A stretch of DNA of 64,000 bases from a virus, in the IMG/VR virus record IMGVR_UViG_3300046787_000130, positions 97,238 through 161,237 of that record, one strand, 5' to 3'. The notes under the pieces are model-generated. The model saw only the letters and a program-made list of their open reading frames with translations, was not told the origin of the DNA and ran no database searches. Each line of letters opens with the position of its first letter. The first letter of the stretch is position 1. This document shows, one piece after another, positions 18,896-27,866 of the stretch. The position numbers and the translations under genes are program-made.

Positions 18896-19304
18896 TTTTA
18901 TTGCTAAACTAGAGTTTAGGCGCGCAAGTCGAATTAAACTGGACAAAGACTATCAGTTTATGCTTGACATCAGTAACCCTACCGCATTTTCGGTTAGGGT
19001 TCTGAAGAAGAAGTTTGAAGGTGTTATCATTGAATACACCAACATAGAGTTTGGTGATGATGGACAGTTTCACTTTGATGCTAATGTAATTGCTAACCCA
19101 AACCTAAAGAATGTCGAATCTAAAGCATTCAGAACCTTTACTTCTGACATTATGCGCGGTATAATTACTGAGTCGGTTAGGCACGCGGAGAAGATTATTA
19201 ATGAAAACGGAACACTTGATTCTGTCGAGTCTATTGAAGAACGAGCCGTTTATGCGGAAGACGATTCCGTATCTGAAGAGCGAGTATCTAAGCGAAAGTC
19301 ATGA
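18870..19304 (+). CDS. Hypothetical protein at the gp40 position
   Basis: Between uvsX and 41; overlaps 41 by 104 nt. Confidence 0.5.
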   Translation: MSMKSMMNDFIAKLEFRRASRIKLDKDYQFMLDISNPTAFSVRVLKKKFEGVIIEYTNIEFGDDGQFHFDANVIANPNLKNVESKAFRTFTSDIMRGIITESVRHAEKIINENGTLDSVESIEERAVYAEDDSVSEERVSKRKS

Positions 19305-20565
19305 GAAGAAAGTTTTTGAAGAAATTCAAAACTTCGTAACTAAATACAATACTCTTCCATCTCCTGCGGCAGTACACCTTGCGCTGAAAGCCCGTACTGA
19401 TGTGACTGAGCCAGAACTGAAGCGAGCAGTTGAATTGCTCGCTGAGGCATCCAAAGACAAATCAGAACATCGTTTGGAATGGCTAATTGACGAAACTGAG
19501 AAGTTCTGTCAAGAGAAGGCAGTCTACAATGCAATCATGGATTCTATTCAAATCCTCGACGGCAAAGATACTAACAAAGGCAAAGGCGCCATTCCAACTC
19601 TGTTGTCTGATGCCCTTGGGGTTAGTTTTGACCCTAATGTTGGGCATGACTACATTGATAACAGTGATTCCCGCTATGATTTCTATCATCGCGTTGAGAA
19701 GCGTATCCCGCTTGACTTGGAATACTTTAACGTCATTACAAAAGGCGGGTTTCCTCAGAAGACTCTAAATGTTGCGCTTGCCGGCACTGGTGTTGGTAAG
19801 TCAATGTTTATGTGTCATCTGTCCGCAAGTTGTTTGTTAAAGAACTACAATGTTCTCTACATTACTCTGGAAATGGCGGAAGAGCGTATTGCTGAACGTA
19901 TTGATGCTAACCTGCTTGATGTTACCCTAGATGACCTTGCTGTCATGCCAAAGGATGTTTTTGACCGTAGAATGGAACGGTTGAAGAAAAACGTAAAGGG
20001 CAAACTCATCATCAAAGAGTATCCTACTGCTTCAGCAAATGCTGCTCACTTTCGTGCGCTGCTAAATGAACTTGAGTTAAAGAAAAACTTTAGACCTGAT
20101 ATTATCTGCATTGACTATCTAAACATCTGCGCATCAGCGCGAATCAAGGCTGGCGCTAATGTCAATTCATTTACTTACATCAAGGCAATCGCAGAAGAGT
20201 TGCGCGGATTAGCAATGGAACGCAAGGTTCCTATCATCACCGCTACTCAGACTACCCGTTCAGGCTTTACGAATTCTGACCCTGGTCTTGAAGATACCTC
20301 TGAATCATTTGGTCTGCCTGCGACAGCTGACTTTATGTTTGCTCTCATTTCTACTGAAGACTTAGAGAAGATGGGACAGATTATGGTCAAGCAACTGAAG
20401 AACCGATATGGTGACCCAAACAAGCACAAGCGGTTTGTTGTTGGTATTGATAGGGCTAAGATGCGCTTGTATGACCTAGAACTGAATGCACAGACTGATA
20501 TTGTGCAGGAAACTCAGTCATCTCCGCAGAATTCTAAGGATAAATTTAAGAATCTCAAGATATAA
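19201..20565 (+). CDS. 41: Replicative DnaB-like helicase gp41
   Basis: AGTGVGKS, ITLEMAEE, IDYL, TATQ, SESFGLPATAD, QLKNRY. Confidence 0.97.
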   Translation: MKTEHLILSSLLKNEPFMRKTIPYLKSEYLSESHEKKVFEEIQNFVTKYNTLPSPAAVHLALKARTDVTEPELKRAVELLAEASKDKSEHRLEWLIDETEKFCQEKAVYNAIMDSIQILDGKDTNKGKGAIPTLLSDALGVSFDPNVGHDYIDNSDSRYDFYHRVEKRIPLDLEYFNVITKGGFPQKTLNVALAGTGVGKSMFMCHLSASCLLKNYNVLYITLEMAEERIAERIDANLLDVTLDDLAVMPKDVFDRRMERLKKNVKGKLIIKEYPTASANAAHFRALLNELELKKNFRPDIICIDYLNICASARIKAGANVNSFTYIKAIAEELRGLAMERKVPIITATQTTRSGFTNSDPGLEDTSESFGLPATADFMFALISTEDLEKMGQIMVKQLKNRYGDPNKHKRFVVGIDRAKMRLYDLELNAQTDIVQETQSSPQNSKDKFKNLKI

Positions 20566-20568
20566 ATA
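20561..20568 (+). promoter_or_regulatory. T4-type late promoter
   Basis: TATAAATA about 30 nt upstream of 20600. Confidence 0.7.
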
Positions 20569-20599
20569 GGATATCCGTGGAATTCTTAGAGAGCAAACA

Positions 20600-21340
20600 A
20601 TGGCTGGTACATCCGCAGAAAGACAGGAATCTGGCTTAATCCGTAAAATTAAAGCCGCTATCAAGGCTAATAAAAACAATCCTGTAACTATTGTTTTTGC
20701 TAACGGCAAGAAACTTACTGGCGTTACTGATGCTATGAAGTATAACGGGCGACAGACTTCTGGTTCAGAACCATATACTGATGTTATTATCCTCCAAGGC
20801 AAGAAGAAAGTTAATCTCTCTTTGAAAGGTGAATCAGCCCCATCTTTGGCTGGTGGCGGTCTTCGCGGAATTGAAATGGCGGCTCCTGGTCTTGGCGCTA
20901 AGTTTTTCAAAGCCGCTTATGACCACCTTAGAGATAACCTACAACTAAGTCCTGGTGATAAAGTACCAGATACATATGGTAAGATTCCAAGTCGTCTTGT
21001 TGAGGATATTGTCGTAGGTAATGCTAGCATGGGTGGACCAATTGACTATATGTACATTGGACCAATGACCGTTGGCGGTCCAGCCTATGACGCTAAGAAG
21101 AATATTCTTAAAGTTGATGGTAATCTATATGAAGCAAAAGAGTATGCCAAGAAGCATACGCTATACTTCAGATTGCGCGCAAGAAGAGAAGACCAGCGTT
21201 TTGACCCTGGCGCTAAAGATAATAAGGGTGTACCTAAGATTTATGGCAAATCGCCATCAAGAGGCGATAGTGCTGGGCGCATTGTTGTAGTGAGCGGAGA
21301 TTCTCTTCCTAATAATGCAGAGACAGTATCACTTAGATAG
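20600..21340 (+). CDS. Putative PD-(D/E)XK-like endonuclease
   Basis: EPYTDVII...NLSLKG pattern; basic protein. Confidence 0.5.
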   Translation: MAGTSAERQESGLIRKIKAAIKANKNNPVTIVFANGKKLTGVTDAMKYNGRQTSGSEPYTDVIILQGKKKVNLSLKGESAPSLAGGGLRGIEMAAPGLGAKFFKAAYDHLRDNLQLSPGDKVPDTYGKIPSRLVEDIVVGNASMGGPIDYMYIGPMTVGGPAYDAKKNILKVDGNLYEAKEYAKKHTLYFRLRARREDQRFDPGAKDNKGVPKIYGKSPSRGDSAGRIVVVSGDSLPNNAETVSLR

Positions 21341-21347
21341 GTAATTT

Positions 21348-22283
21348 ATGACTGTACTTGTGACTGGTGGATTGGGCTTCATTGGCTCAAATTTTGTTAT
21401 TCGTCATCTTGAAAAGTATCCTGATGAACGAGTAGTTGTTGTAGATAATGAATCTTATGCTGCTTCTAGGACAAATTTGTCTTGTGTTGCAGATAAGGTA
21501 ATCGTACACAAAGTTGACATTGCCGATAAAGATAGAATGAATAAGGTGATGGCAAAGTATATGCCGCACATCATCTACAACTTTGCGGCTGAATCTCACG
21601 TTGATAACTCTATTGCAGATGATTCTGTATTTTATCAGACTAATGTGATGGGTACACTTAACCTTTTACATCTGGTAAAAGAATATCAAATCAAGTTGCT
21701 TCACGTATCAACAGATGAAGTCTATGGCTCTTTGTCTCTAGATACAACTGATGTCTTTACTGAAAAGACTCCGTACAATCCGTTGAATCCATACTCTGCT
21801 AGCAAAGCCGCATCTGACCATATGGTGCGCGCATATGTCAATACGCATAAGATTAAAGCAGTTGTAACTAATTGCTCTAACAACTATGGACCAAGACAGC
21901 ATAGCGAGAAATTAATTCCTACAATCATCCGTAGGGCTAAGGCTAATATGACCATTCCCATCTATGGTAATGGCTCTAACGTTCGCGATTGGTTGTATGT
22001 AGATGACCACTGTGATGCGTTGTTGCGTATTAATGAAGCCTTTGTATATGGAGAACGATACAACATTGGCGGTCATAATGAACTGACCAATCTGTCTCTT
22101 GCGCGATACATTCTTGACCTTATGGGCAAACCTCGCAGCCTAATTGAGTTTGTCAAAGACCGTCCCGGGCATGACGCTAGATATGCTATATCCACTAAGA
22201 AAATTGAAAAAGAACTTAAGTGGCGTCCTACAACAACCCTTGAAGTTGGTATGAAGAAGACATTGGAGTATTATAATGCGTAA
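21348..22283 (+). CDS. rmlB: dTDP-glucose 4,6-dehydratase
   Basis: TGGLGFIGSN, FAAESHVD, STDEVYG, YSASK, NCSNNYGP, DRPGHD. Confidence 0.96.
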   Translation: MTVLVTGGLGFIGSNFVIRHLEKYPDERVVVVDNESYAASRTNLSCVADKVIVHKVDIADKDRMNKVMAKYMPHIIYNFAAESHVDNSIADDSVFYQTNVMGTLNLLHLVKEYQIKLLHVSTDEVYGSLSLDTTDVFTEKTPYNPLNPYSASKAASDHMVRAYVNTHKIKAVVTNCSNNYGPRQHSEKLIPTIIRRAKANMTIPIYGNGSNVRDWLYVDDHCDALLRINEAFVYGERYNIGGHNELTNLSLARYILDLMGKPRSLIEFVKDRPGHDARYAISTKKIEKELKWRPTTTLEVGMKKTLEYYNA

Positions 22284-23172
22284 AGGTATTGTTCTTTCTG
22301 GCGGTCTAGGAACCAGACTCTATCCATGCACAGAAGTTATCTCAAAGCAGCTGCTTCCTGTATATGACAAGCCATTAATCTATTATCCTATTGCTACGCT
22401 AATGTTGGCTGGCATTAGTGATATCATGGTCATTACCAATCCCGAAAACAATTTCCAGTTCCAGACTCTGTTGCGTGATGGTTCACAGTGGGGAATCAAC
22501 ATCTGTTATGCAACACAAAGAGAACCAAAAGGTATTGCTGACGCGTTGCTAATTGCTCAAGGATTTATTGGTAAAGATGACTTTGCTCTAATCCTTGGAG
22601 ATAACATCTACTACGGCAATGACCTTGTAAACCGTCTAGAGCGTTCAAATAGAGATGTTTGGGCTTCAACTTTGTTTGCTTATCATGTAAGTGACCCTGA
22701 ACGTTTTGGTGTTCTTGAGTTTGGTGAGGATAACCAGCCAAAGCGTATTCTTGAAAAACCTGCTGTTGCCCCGTCTAATTACGCAGTGACAGGTCTATAC
22801 TTTTACAAAAACATCGCACTACACTATGCAAATCAACTCAAGCCATCTCCTCGCGGTGAACTTGAAATTACAGACCTTAACAATCTGCTAATGCAAAACA
22901 CTGAGGTTGAGATTGAGTTTATGAATCGCGGTATTGCTTGGATTGATACAGGCACGTTTGATTCTCTTGCTGAGGCATCAACCTTTGTCGCTTCTGTGCA
23001 GAAGCGCACTGGCACTATGATTTGTTGCCCTGAAGAGATTGCATTTAAGAATGGGTGGATTGAAAAGGCTGAGTTGCTAGAAGCAGCAACTAAGTACGGT
23101 AAATCTGATTATGGTACTTACTTGAGGAAGATTGCTGATGAACAAAGAGTTAGCCCAATACGTCGATATTAA
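22276..23172 (+). CDS. rmlA: Glucose-1-phosphate thymidylyltransferase
   Basis: GG.GTRLYP, KQLLPVYDKP, LGDN, EKP, RGELEITD, W.DTGT. Confidence 0.97.
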   Translation: MRKGIVLSGGLGTRLYPCTEVISKQLLPVYDKPLIYYPIATLMLAGISDIMVITNPENNFQFQTLLRDGSQWGINICYATQREPKGIADALLIAQGFIGKDDFALILGDNIYYGNDLVNRLERSNRDVWASTLFAYHVSDPERFGVLEFGEDNQPKRILEKPAVAPSNYAVTGLYFYKNIALHYANQLKPSPRGELEITDLNNLLMQNTEVEIEFMNRGIAWIDTGTFDSLAEASTFVASVQKRTGTMICCPEEIAFKNGWIEKAELLEAATKYGKSDYGTYLRKIADEQRVSPIRRY

Positions 23173-23668
23173 GTATTTCCAAGATGACCGTGGTTACTTC
23201 TGTGAGACATTAAATCTTTCTAAACCGCCATTTAATGAACTAACTTATGTGCAAAGCAATATGTCAGTTAACAATAATGGCGCGTTGCGAGGAATGCACT
23301 ATCAGCATAAGTATCCTCAAGGCAAGTTCTGCTATGTAGCATCTGGGGCAGCATTTGATTTCGTAATTGATTTGCGAAAGGATTCTCCAGATTTTATGAA
23401 GTGTCGCACTTTCTTCATAGAGCCAAAAGGTCCAGCAGTCTGGGTTCCTCCTGGTTATGCTCACGGGTTTTTCTCTTGCCGCGAAAACACCGTATTCTGC
23501 TACCATGTATTTGGTAATGCTTGGCACAAGGATGATGAGCACTCAATTAATCCATTAACCGTGCCTGATATCAAGCATATGGTAGATGTTAAACTTGACG
23601 TAATTGTTTCACCAAAGGATATTGCTGGTTATGACTATGCTGCATCAACTTGTCCCATCTATGAATAA
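23138..23668 (+). CDS. rmlC: dTDP-4-dehydrorhamnose 3,5-epimerase
   Basis: DDRGYF, LRGMHYQ, QGK, DLRK.SP, PPGYAHGF. Confidence 0.94.
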   Translation: MNKELAQYVDIKYFQDDRGYFCETLNLSKPPFNELTYVQSNMSVNNNGALRGMHYQHKYPQGKFCYVASGAAFDFVIDLRKDSPDFMKCRTFFIEPKGPAVWVPPGYAHGFFSCRENTVFCYHVFGNAWHKDDEHSINPLTVPDIKHMVDVKLDVIVSPKDIAGYDYAASTCPIYE

Positions 23669-24527
23669 GAGAATTGTAATCCTTGGCGCTCGTGGTCAGA
23701 TTGGTAGTGAGATTACCAAACTAGTCCGCGAGGGATTACATCAATGGTGGGCGCTAAATGGGACAGCCATAGATTATAATGACCCAGACCGAATCCGTCG
23801 AATTATGGATGAGATTCAACCTGAAGTTATCATCAACTGCGCTGCATACACTAATGTTGCTGCGGCTGAAGAGGATGTTAATCATCGGTCAGTTAGTGCA
23901 ATGAACATTCAATTACCTAAGAATCTAACTGATGCTGCCGTCGAACACAACGCTGAAATTATTCATTTCTCTACAGACTATGTGTATGACGGTAAGAAGA
24001 ATGAGTATAGAGAAGACGACAGGGTCAAGCCATTAAATCATTATGGCTTGACCAAGAGCATTGGTGATAAGTTTGTACTTGAGTATCCTAAGTCTAAGGT
24101 GTTTCGAGTTCAAGCCGTTTACTCCAACCGCAACACCAATTTCTTCAAGAGCATTCAAGCCAAAGCCCTAGTCGATGAACCTGCTACTGTAGTCTCAGAC
24201 CAGTTTACAACTCCAACATCAGCAAACTGGATTGCCAAGCAGGTCTATCGTACTCTGTTCATGCCTCAATATGGTTTGTATCATCTATCTCCTAATGGCT
24301 TTTGTTCATTTGCGGACTTTGCTGAGTTGATTTATGCTACCAATTACCCAACAATTTACAGTAAGTCAACTCCTCCTATCAAGAGAATCCATTACAAAGA
24401 CCTAAACGCATCTGTAAATCGCCCTATGGTGACCATTTTAAACCATGAAAAGTTTGATAATGCGTTCTTTCCTATTACAGAAACATGGGAAGATGTGTAT
24501 AGAGAGTTTATTAAAATACCTAAATAA
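23661..24527 (+). CDS. rmlD: dTDP-4-dehydrorhamnose reductase
   Basis: GARGQIG, NCAAYTNV, STDYVYDG, YGLTK, DQ..PT. Confidence 0.93.
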   Translation: MNKRIVILGARGQIGSEITKLVREGLHQWWALNGTAIDYNDPDRIRRIMDEIQPEVIINCAAYTNVAAAEEDVNHRSVSAMNIQLPKNLTDAAVEHNAEIIHFSTDYVYDGKKNEYREDDRVKPLNHYGLTKSIGDKFVLEYPKSKVFRVQAVYSNRNTNFFKSIQAKALVDEPATVVSDQFTTPTSANWIAKQVYRTLFMPQYGLYHLSPNGFCSFADFAELIYATNYPTIYSKSTPPIKRIHYKDLNASVNRPMVTILNHEKFDNAFFPITETWEDVYREFIKIPK

Positions 24528-24557
24528 TAGACTATCCCACAGAGTGGACGGGTTTAA

Positions 24558-25715
24558 ATGTTAAAGTTTACGCAGTTTATTACAGAGTCGCTTGAGACAG
24601 AAAAACTAACTCACCTAGAGCACGCAGAAGACCATCATATCAATGCTGGTAAGGCTGGCTTTAACCACGCAGTTAGAACTCTTGAAGCCGTACATAACAA
24701 ACTATCTGGCAAGAAGTCAGAAGCCGCTTTGACAACCAAGTATGATGGTTCCCCGTCCATAGTATTCGGACATCACCCAGAGAACGGAAAGTTCTTTGTA
24801 GCATCTAAGTCCGCATTCAATAAGAACCCTAAAATCAACTATACACCTAAAGACATTGACAAGAATCATGGTCATGCTCCTGGTCTAGTTGATAAGTTGA
24901 AGACTGCGCTCAAGCACCTACCCAAAGCAGCCCCTGGTCATGGCGTATATCAAGGCGACTTGATGTATACTAAGGGTGACGTAGAAGAACATGGCGGGTC
25001 ATACCATTTCAAGCCTAACACCATTACCTATTCCTCTAAGAAAGATTCTGATGAGGGCAAGAAGATTGGTAAGGCTAAGATTGGTGTTGTAGTTCATACC
25101 AAGTATGAAGGAAAGAACTTTGAAGATATGAAGGCAAAGTTTGCCCCTAAGTTGGGCGGATTTGCTGAACACAAAGATGTTCATATTATGGACCCTGAAA
25201 CAGACCACGAGAAGGTTCATTATACATCTGAGCAAAAAGATAAGTTTAATCATCATATCGAAAAGGCTAAGGCACTTGATGCTAAGCATGATTATGCTCA
25301 TCTAGAGGGTCATCAAGAGCATCTAAAGACCTATATCAACCAGACCGTCCGTACTGGTGATGCGCCTACTGTTGAAGGTCTAAAGGCTCATGTTACCGCA
25401 CTTCACACAAAGGCTGCTGAAAAATTAAAGACAGCAGCATCAAAAAGTAAGATTACCGATAAGATGAACAAGCATCTATCACATATTGATGCTAATGCTA
25501 AGGAGTTTAAGACAACCTTAGCAATTCATCACCACTTGCAAGCCGCCAAAGACCAACTGGTCAATGGATTATCATCTCACAGCACCTATGGTCATAGTAT
25601 CAAGGGTAAAGCGGCAAAACCAGAAGGATTTGTTGCCGTTATAGATAATAAGCCAACTAAGTTAGTTGACAGAGCAGAGTTCAGTAGAGAAAACTTTCTT
25701 GCGAGACCACGATGA
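24558..25715 (+). CDS. Conserved T4-like protein with ligase-type KxDG nucleotidyltransferase motif and capsid-targeting-like N-terminus
   Basis: MLKFTQFITE start; TTKYDGSP, QGD, PEGFV, KLVDR; CTAAATA upstream. Confidence 0.65.
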   Translation: MLKFTQFITESLETEKLTHLEHAEDHHINAGKAGFNHAVRTLEAVHNKLSGKKSEAALTTKYDGSPSIVFGHHPENGKFFVASKSAFNKNPKINYTPKDIDKNHGHAPGLVDKLKTALKHLPKAAPGHGVYQGDLMYTKGDVEEHGGSYHFKPNTITYSSKKDSDEGKKIGKAKIGVVVHTKYEGKNFEDMKAKFAPKLGGFAEHKDVHIMDPETDHEKVHYTSEQKDKFNHHIEKAKALDAKHDYAHLEGHQEHLKTYINQTVRTGDAPTVEGLKAHVTALHTKAAEKLKTAASKSKITDKMNKHLSHIDANAKEFKTTLAIHHHLQAAKDQLVNGLSSHSTYGHSIKGKAAKPEGFVAVIDNKPTKLVDRAEFSRENFLARPR

Positions 25716-27595
25716 AACACGCAGTCTTTACATTTGGTAGATTTAATCCTCCAACAGAAGCAGGACACGGCAAACTAGTAAATGCCGTTAAGTCTCATGC
25801 AGAATCAGTTGGCGGTGACCACTTCATCTTCCCATCCCATTCTCAGGATGCAAAAAAGAATCCTTTGTCTCATGAAGACAAGGTTTCTGCTATGCACAAA
25901 GTCTTCCCTAAGACAAACATTGTTAGCCATCCTGAAGTAAAGACTGCTATTCATGCAATGAAGCATCTTGAAAAGAAAGGATACACCCACGCAACAATGG
26001 TTGTTGGCTCTGACCGTGTTCCTGAGTTTAAGTCTTTGCTTGGCAAGTACAATGGCAAAGAGTACAACTTTAAGAAGATTCATGTCAAGTCAGCTGGCAA
26101 TCGTGACCCTGACGCAGAAGGCGCTGAGGGCATGTCAGCATCCAAACTTCGCGGTTTGGTATCAGCAGGAAAGCGTGATGAATTCATTAGTCATTACTCT
26201 AACAAGAAAGTTGGCGCTGAAATTCACGACAAGGTAAAGAAAGCAATGAAAGAACAAACAACTGCACCAATTGGTATCTTTTTGTTTGGTGGTCCTGGCA
26301 GCGGCAAGGATTATGTCCTCAAGAATATCTTCTCACGTTTTGACTTAACTGAAGTACAAGCCGACCAGCTGCTACAAGGTTATGCTGGTATTCTACTAGA
26401 AGATAACGCAAATATTGTTATCAACTGCTCAGCAGAAAATTCTGAACAGATTGAGACTATCAAGTCTATGCTGGGAGGTTATGAGTTTGACCATGTATAC
26501 GTTTCTGTATCAAACAAGGTCAGCCGTGAGCGTAATCAAGCCCGACTAAACCCACTACGGGAAGATGTTCGTATTGGCAAGATGCTCAAAGCCGAAAGAC
26601 TTGCTAAGTCTATTCCAGAAACATTTACCTTTAACAACTCATTAAATTTATCAGAATCCAGTGAGATGGAAAAGGTATTTTTTGCGTCGCAGATTCAAAA
26701 ACTGCTAGAGCGTGTAGTAGGAATGGGATTAGAGTTACAACAAACTCCCAGTCCAAAAAACTTTGCTAAGATAAGACAAGCATTAGGAGAAAATAATGTT
26801 CAAGTTTCTAAAAAAGGTATGGCATTGGCTGATGGGAAAGAAGGAGACTGTGCCTGCAGTGGAGGTGCCTCCGGCAGCCCCTGTGATTGTGGAGGCTCCT
26901 GTGGTTGCGCCGAGTGTGCAGGAACCAGTAAAGCCGTCAAAGAAGAAGCCAGCACAGTCAAAGTCCTCAACAGTCTCAAAAGCAAAATCAAAGCCAAAAA
27001 AGGTGTAGGACCAACAAACTATGATGGTAGACTTGGAATCAACATTGGATTGATTTCAGCTCCTACCGTTGTAGGCTCACCTACATCTACTTATGAGTCT
27101 ATACAGTATCATCTCAAGAACAACATTTCCTTTACCAAGAACATTTATCGTCCTGGTTCAGAAAAGTTCTTTGAGATGATTGACCATGCCCGTCAGTTGT
27201 ATCTTGAAGGCAAGTATCAGCCTGAAGATGAGTATGAACTTGAAGTCCTAGAAAGCAACATTGGCGAAATAGCCATGTATGAGGGCAAGCAAGTTGTACT
27301 TGATTTTCCTTTTGAAGTACTTGCTGAAGAGGGTTCTGACCCAACTAAGGGTCATGGAATTGGCAAGCCATTCCGTAAAGGTGGTGGCGGTGCAGTCTAT
27401 GTCAAGAGCGGTGATGGCGTCAAACTAGTTAACTTTAGTCAGTCAGGCATGACCAAGAAGTATAATGACCCAGGTCGTTTGAAGAGTTTTATGGCAAGAC
27501 ATCACTGCTTGACCAATAAGGACAAAACATCTGCGTCTTACTGGGCTTGCCGTTGGCCAAGATACTTCAGTTCAGGCGGTCAACAGTGGTGGTAA
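25712..27595 (+). CDS. Multidomain cytidylyltransferase-like (HxGH fold) + P-loop kinase + C-terminal domain
   Basis: FTFGRFNPPTEAGH, VVGSDR, SAG.RDPD, MSAS; GGPGSGKD; SFMARHHC...YWAC. Confidence 0.8.
   Translation: MKHAVFTFGRFNPPTEAGHGKLVNAVKSHAESVGGDHFIFPSHSQDAKKNPLSHEDKVSAMHKVFPKTNIVSHPEVKTAIHAMKHLEKKGYTHATMVVGSDRVPEFKSLLGKYNGKEYNFKKIHVKSAGNRDPDAEGAEGMSASKLRGLVSAGKRDEFISHYSNKKVGAEIHDKVKKAMKEQTTAPIGIFLFGGPGSGKDYVLKNIFSRFDLTEVQADQLLQGYAGILLEDNANIVINCSAENSEQIETIKSMLGGYEFDHVYVSVSNKVSRERNQARLNPLREDVRIGKMLKAERLAKSIPETFTFNNSLNLSESSEMEKVFFASQIQKLLERVVGMGLELQQTPSPKNFAKIRQALGENNVQVSKKGMALADGKEGDCACSGGASGSPCDCGGSCGCAECAGTSKAVKEEASTVKVLNSLKSKIKAKKGVGPTNYDGRLGINIGLISAPTVVGSPTSTYESIQYHLKNNISFTKNIYRPGSEKFFEMIDHARQLYLEGKYQPEDEYELEVLESNIGEIAMYEGKQVVLDFPFEVLAEEGSDPTKGHGIGKPFRKGGGGAVYVKSGDGVKLVNFSQSGMTKKYNDPGRLKSFMARHHCLTNKDKTSASYWACRWPRYFSSGGQQWW
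26796..27008 (+). CDS. Overprinted 70-aa protein inside 25712..27595
   Basis: SD AGGAG; amphipathic MFKFLKKVWHWLMG, Pro/Val linker, Lys-rich tail. Confidence 0.6.
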   Translation: MFKFLKKVWHWLMGKKETVPAVEVPPAAPVIVEAPVVAPSVQEPVKPSKKKPAQSKSSTVSKAKSKPKKV

Positions 27596-27598
27596 AAG

Positions 27599-27865
27599 GT
27601 GAAACCATACAGTGAAAAATTCCTAAATAATGGTATCATTGTACGGACATTTTCCAAGGATGTATTATCTGAAGAATTAGTTTGGCACAGAGATAGAAAT
27701 AATCGCGATGTTACTGTGATATCAGGAGAAGGTTGGCTTCTACAATTAGATGACAACCTCCCTACTGAATTAAAAGAGGGATGCACATATCATATTCCGG
27801 CATATGTGTATCATAGAATAAAGCGCGGGAATACAGATTTGACAGTACAAATCAGAGAGACGTAA
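27599..27865 (+). CDS. Cupin-like hypothetical protein
   Basis: WHRD...IP..YHR cupin-like pattern. Confidence 0.65.
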   Translation: MKPYSEKFLNNGIIVRTFSKDVLSEELVWHRDRNNRDVTVISGEGWLLQLDDNLPTELKEGCTYHIPAYVYHRIKRGNTDLTVQIRET

Positions 27866-27866
27866 C

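Noticed and set aside
18296-18946. 216-aa minus-strand ORF
   Set aside because: Antisense shadow of uvsX; no SD or recognisable motif
26845-26925. Metallothionein-like Cys cluster in the 627-aa protein
   Set aside because: Better explained as a by-product of the overprinted +1-frame gene
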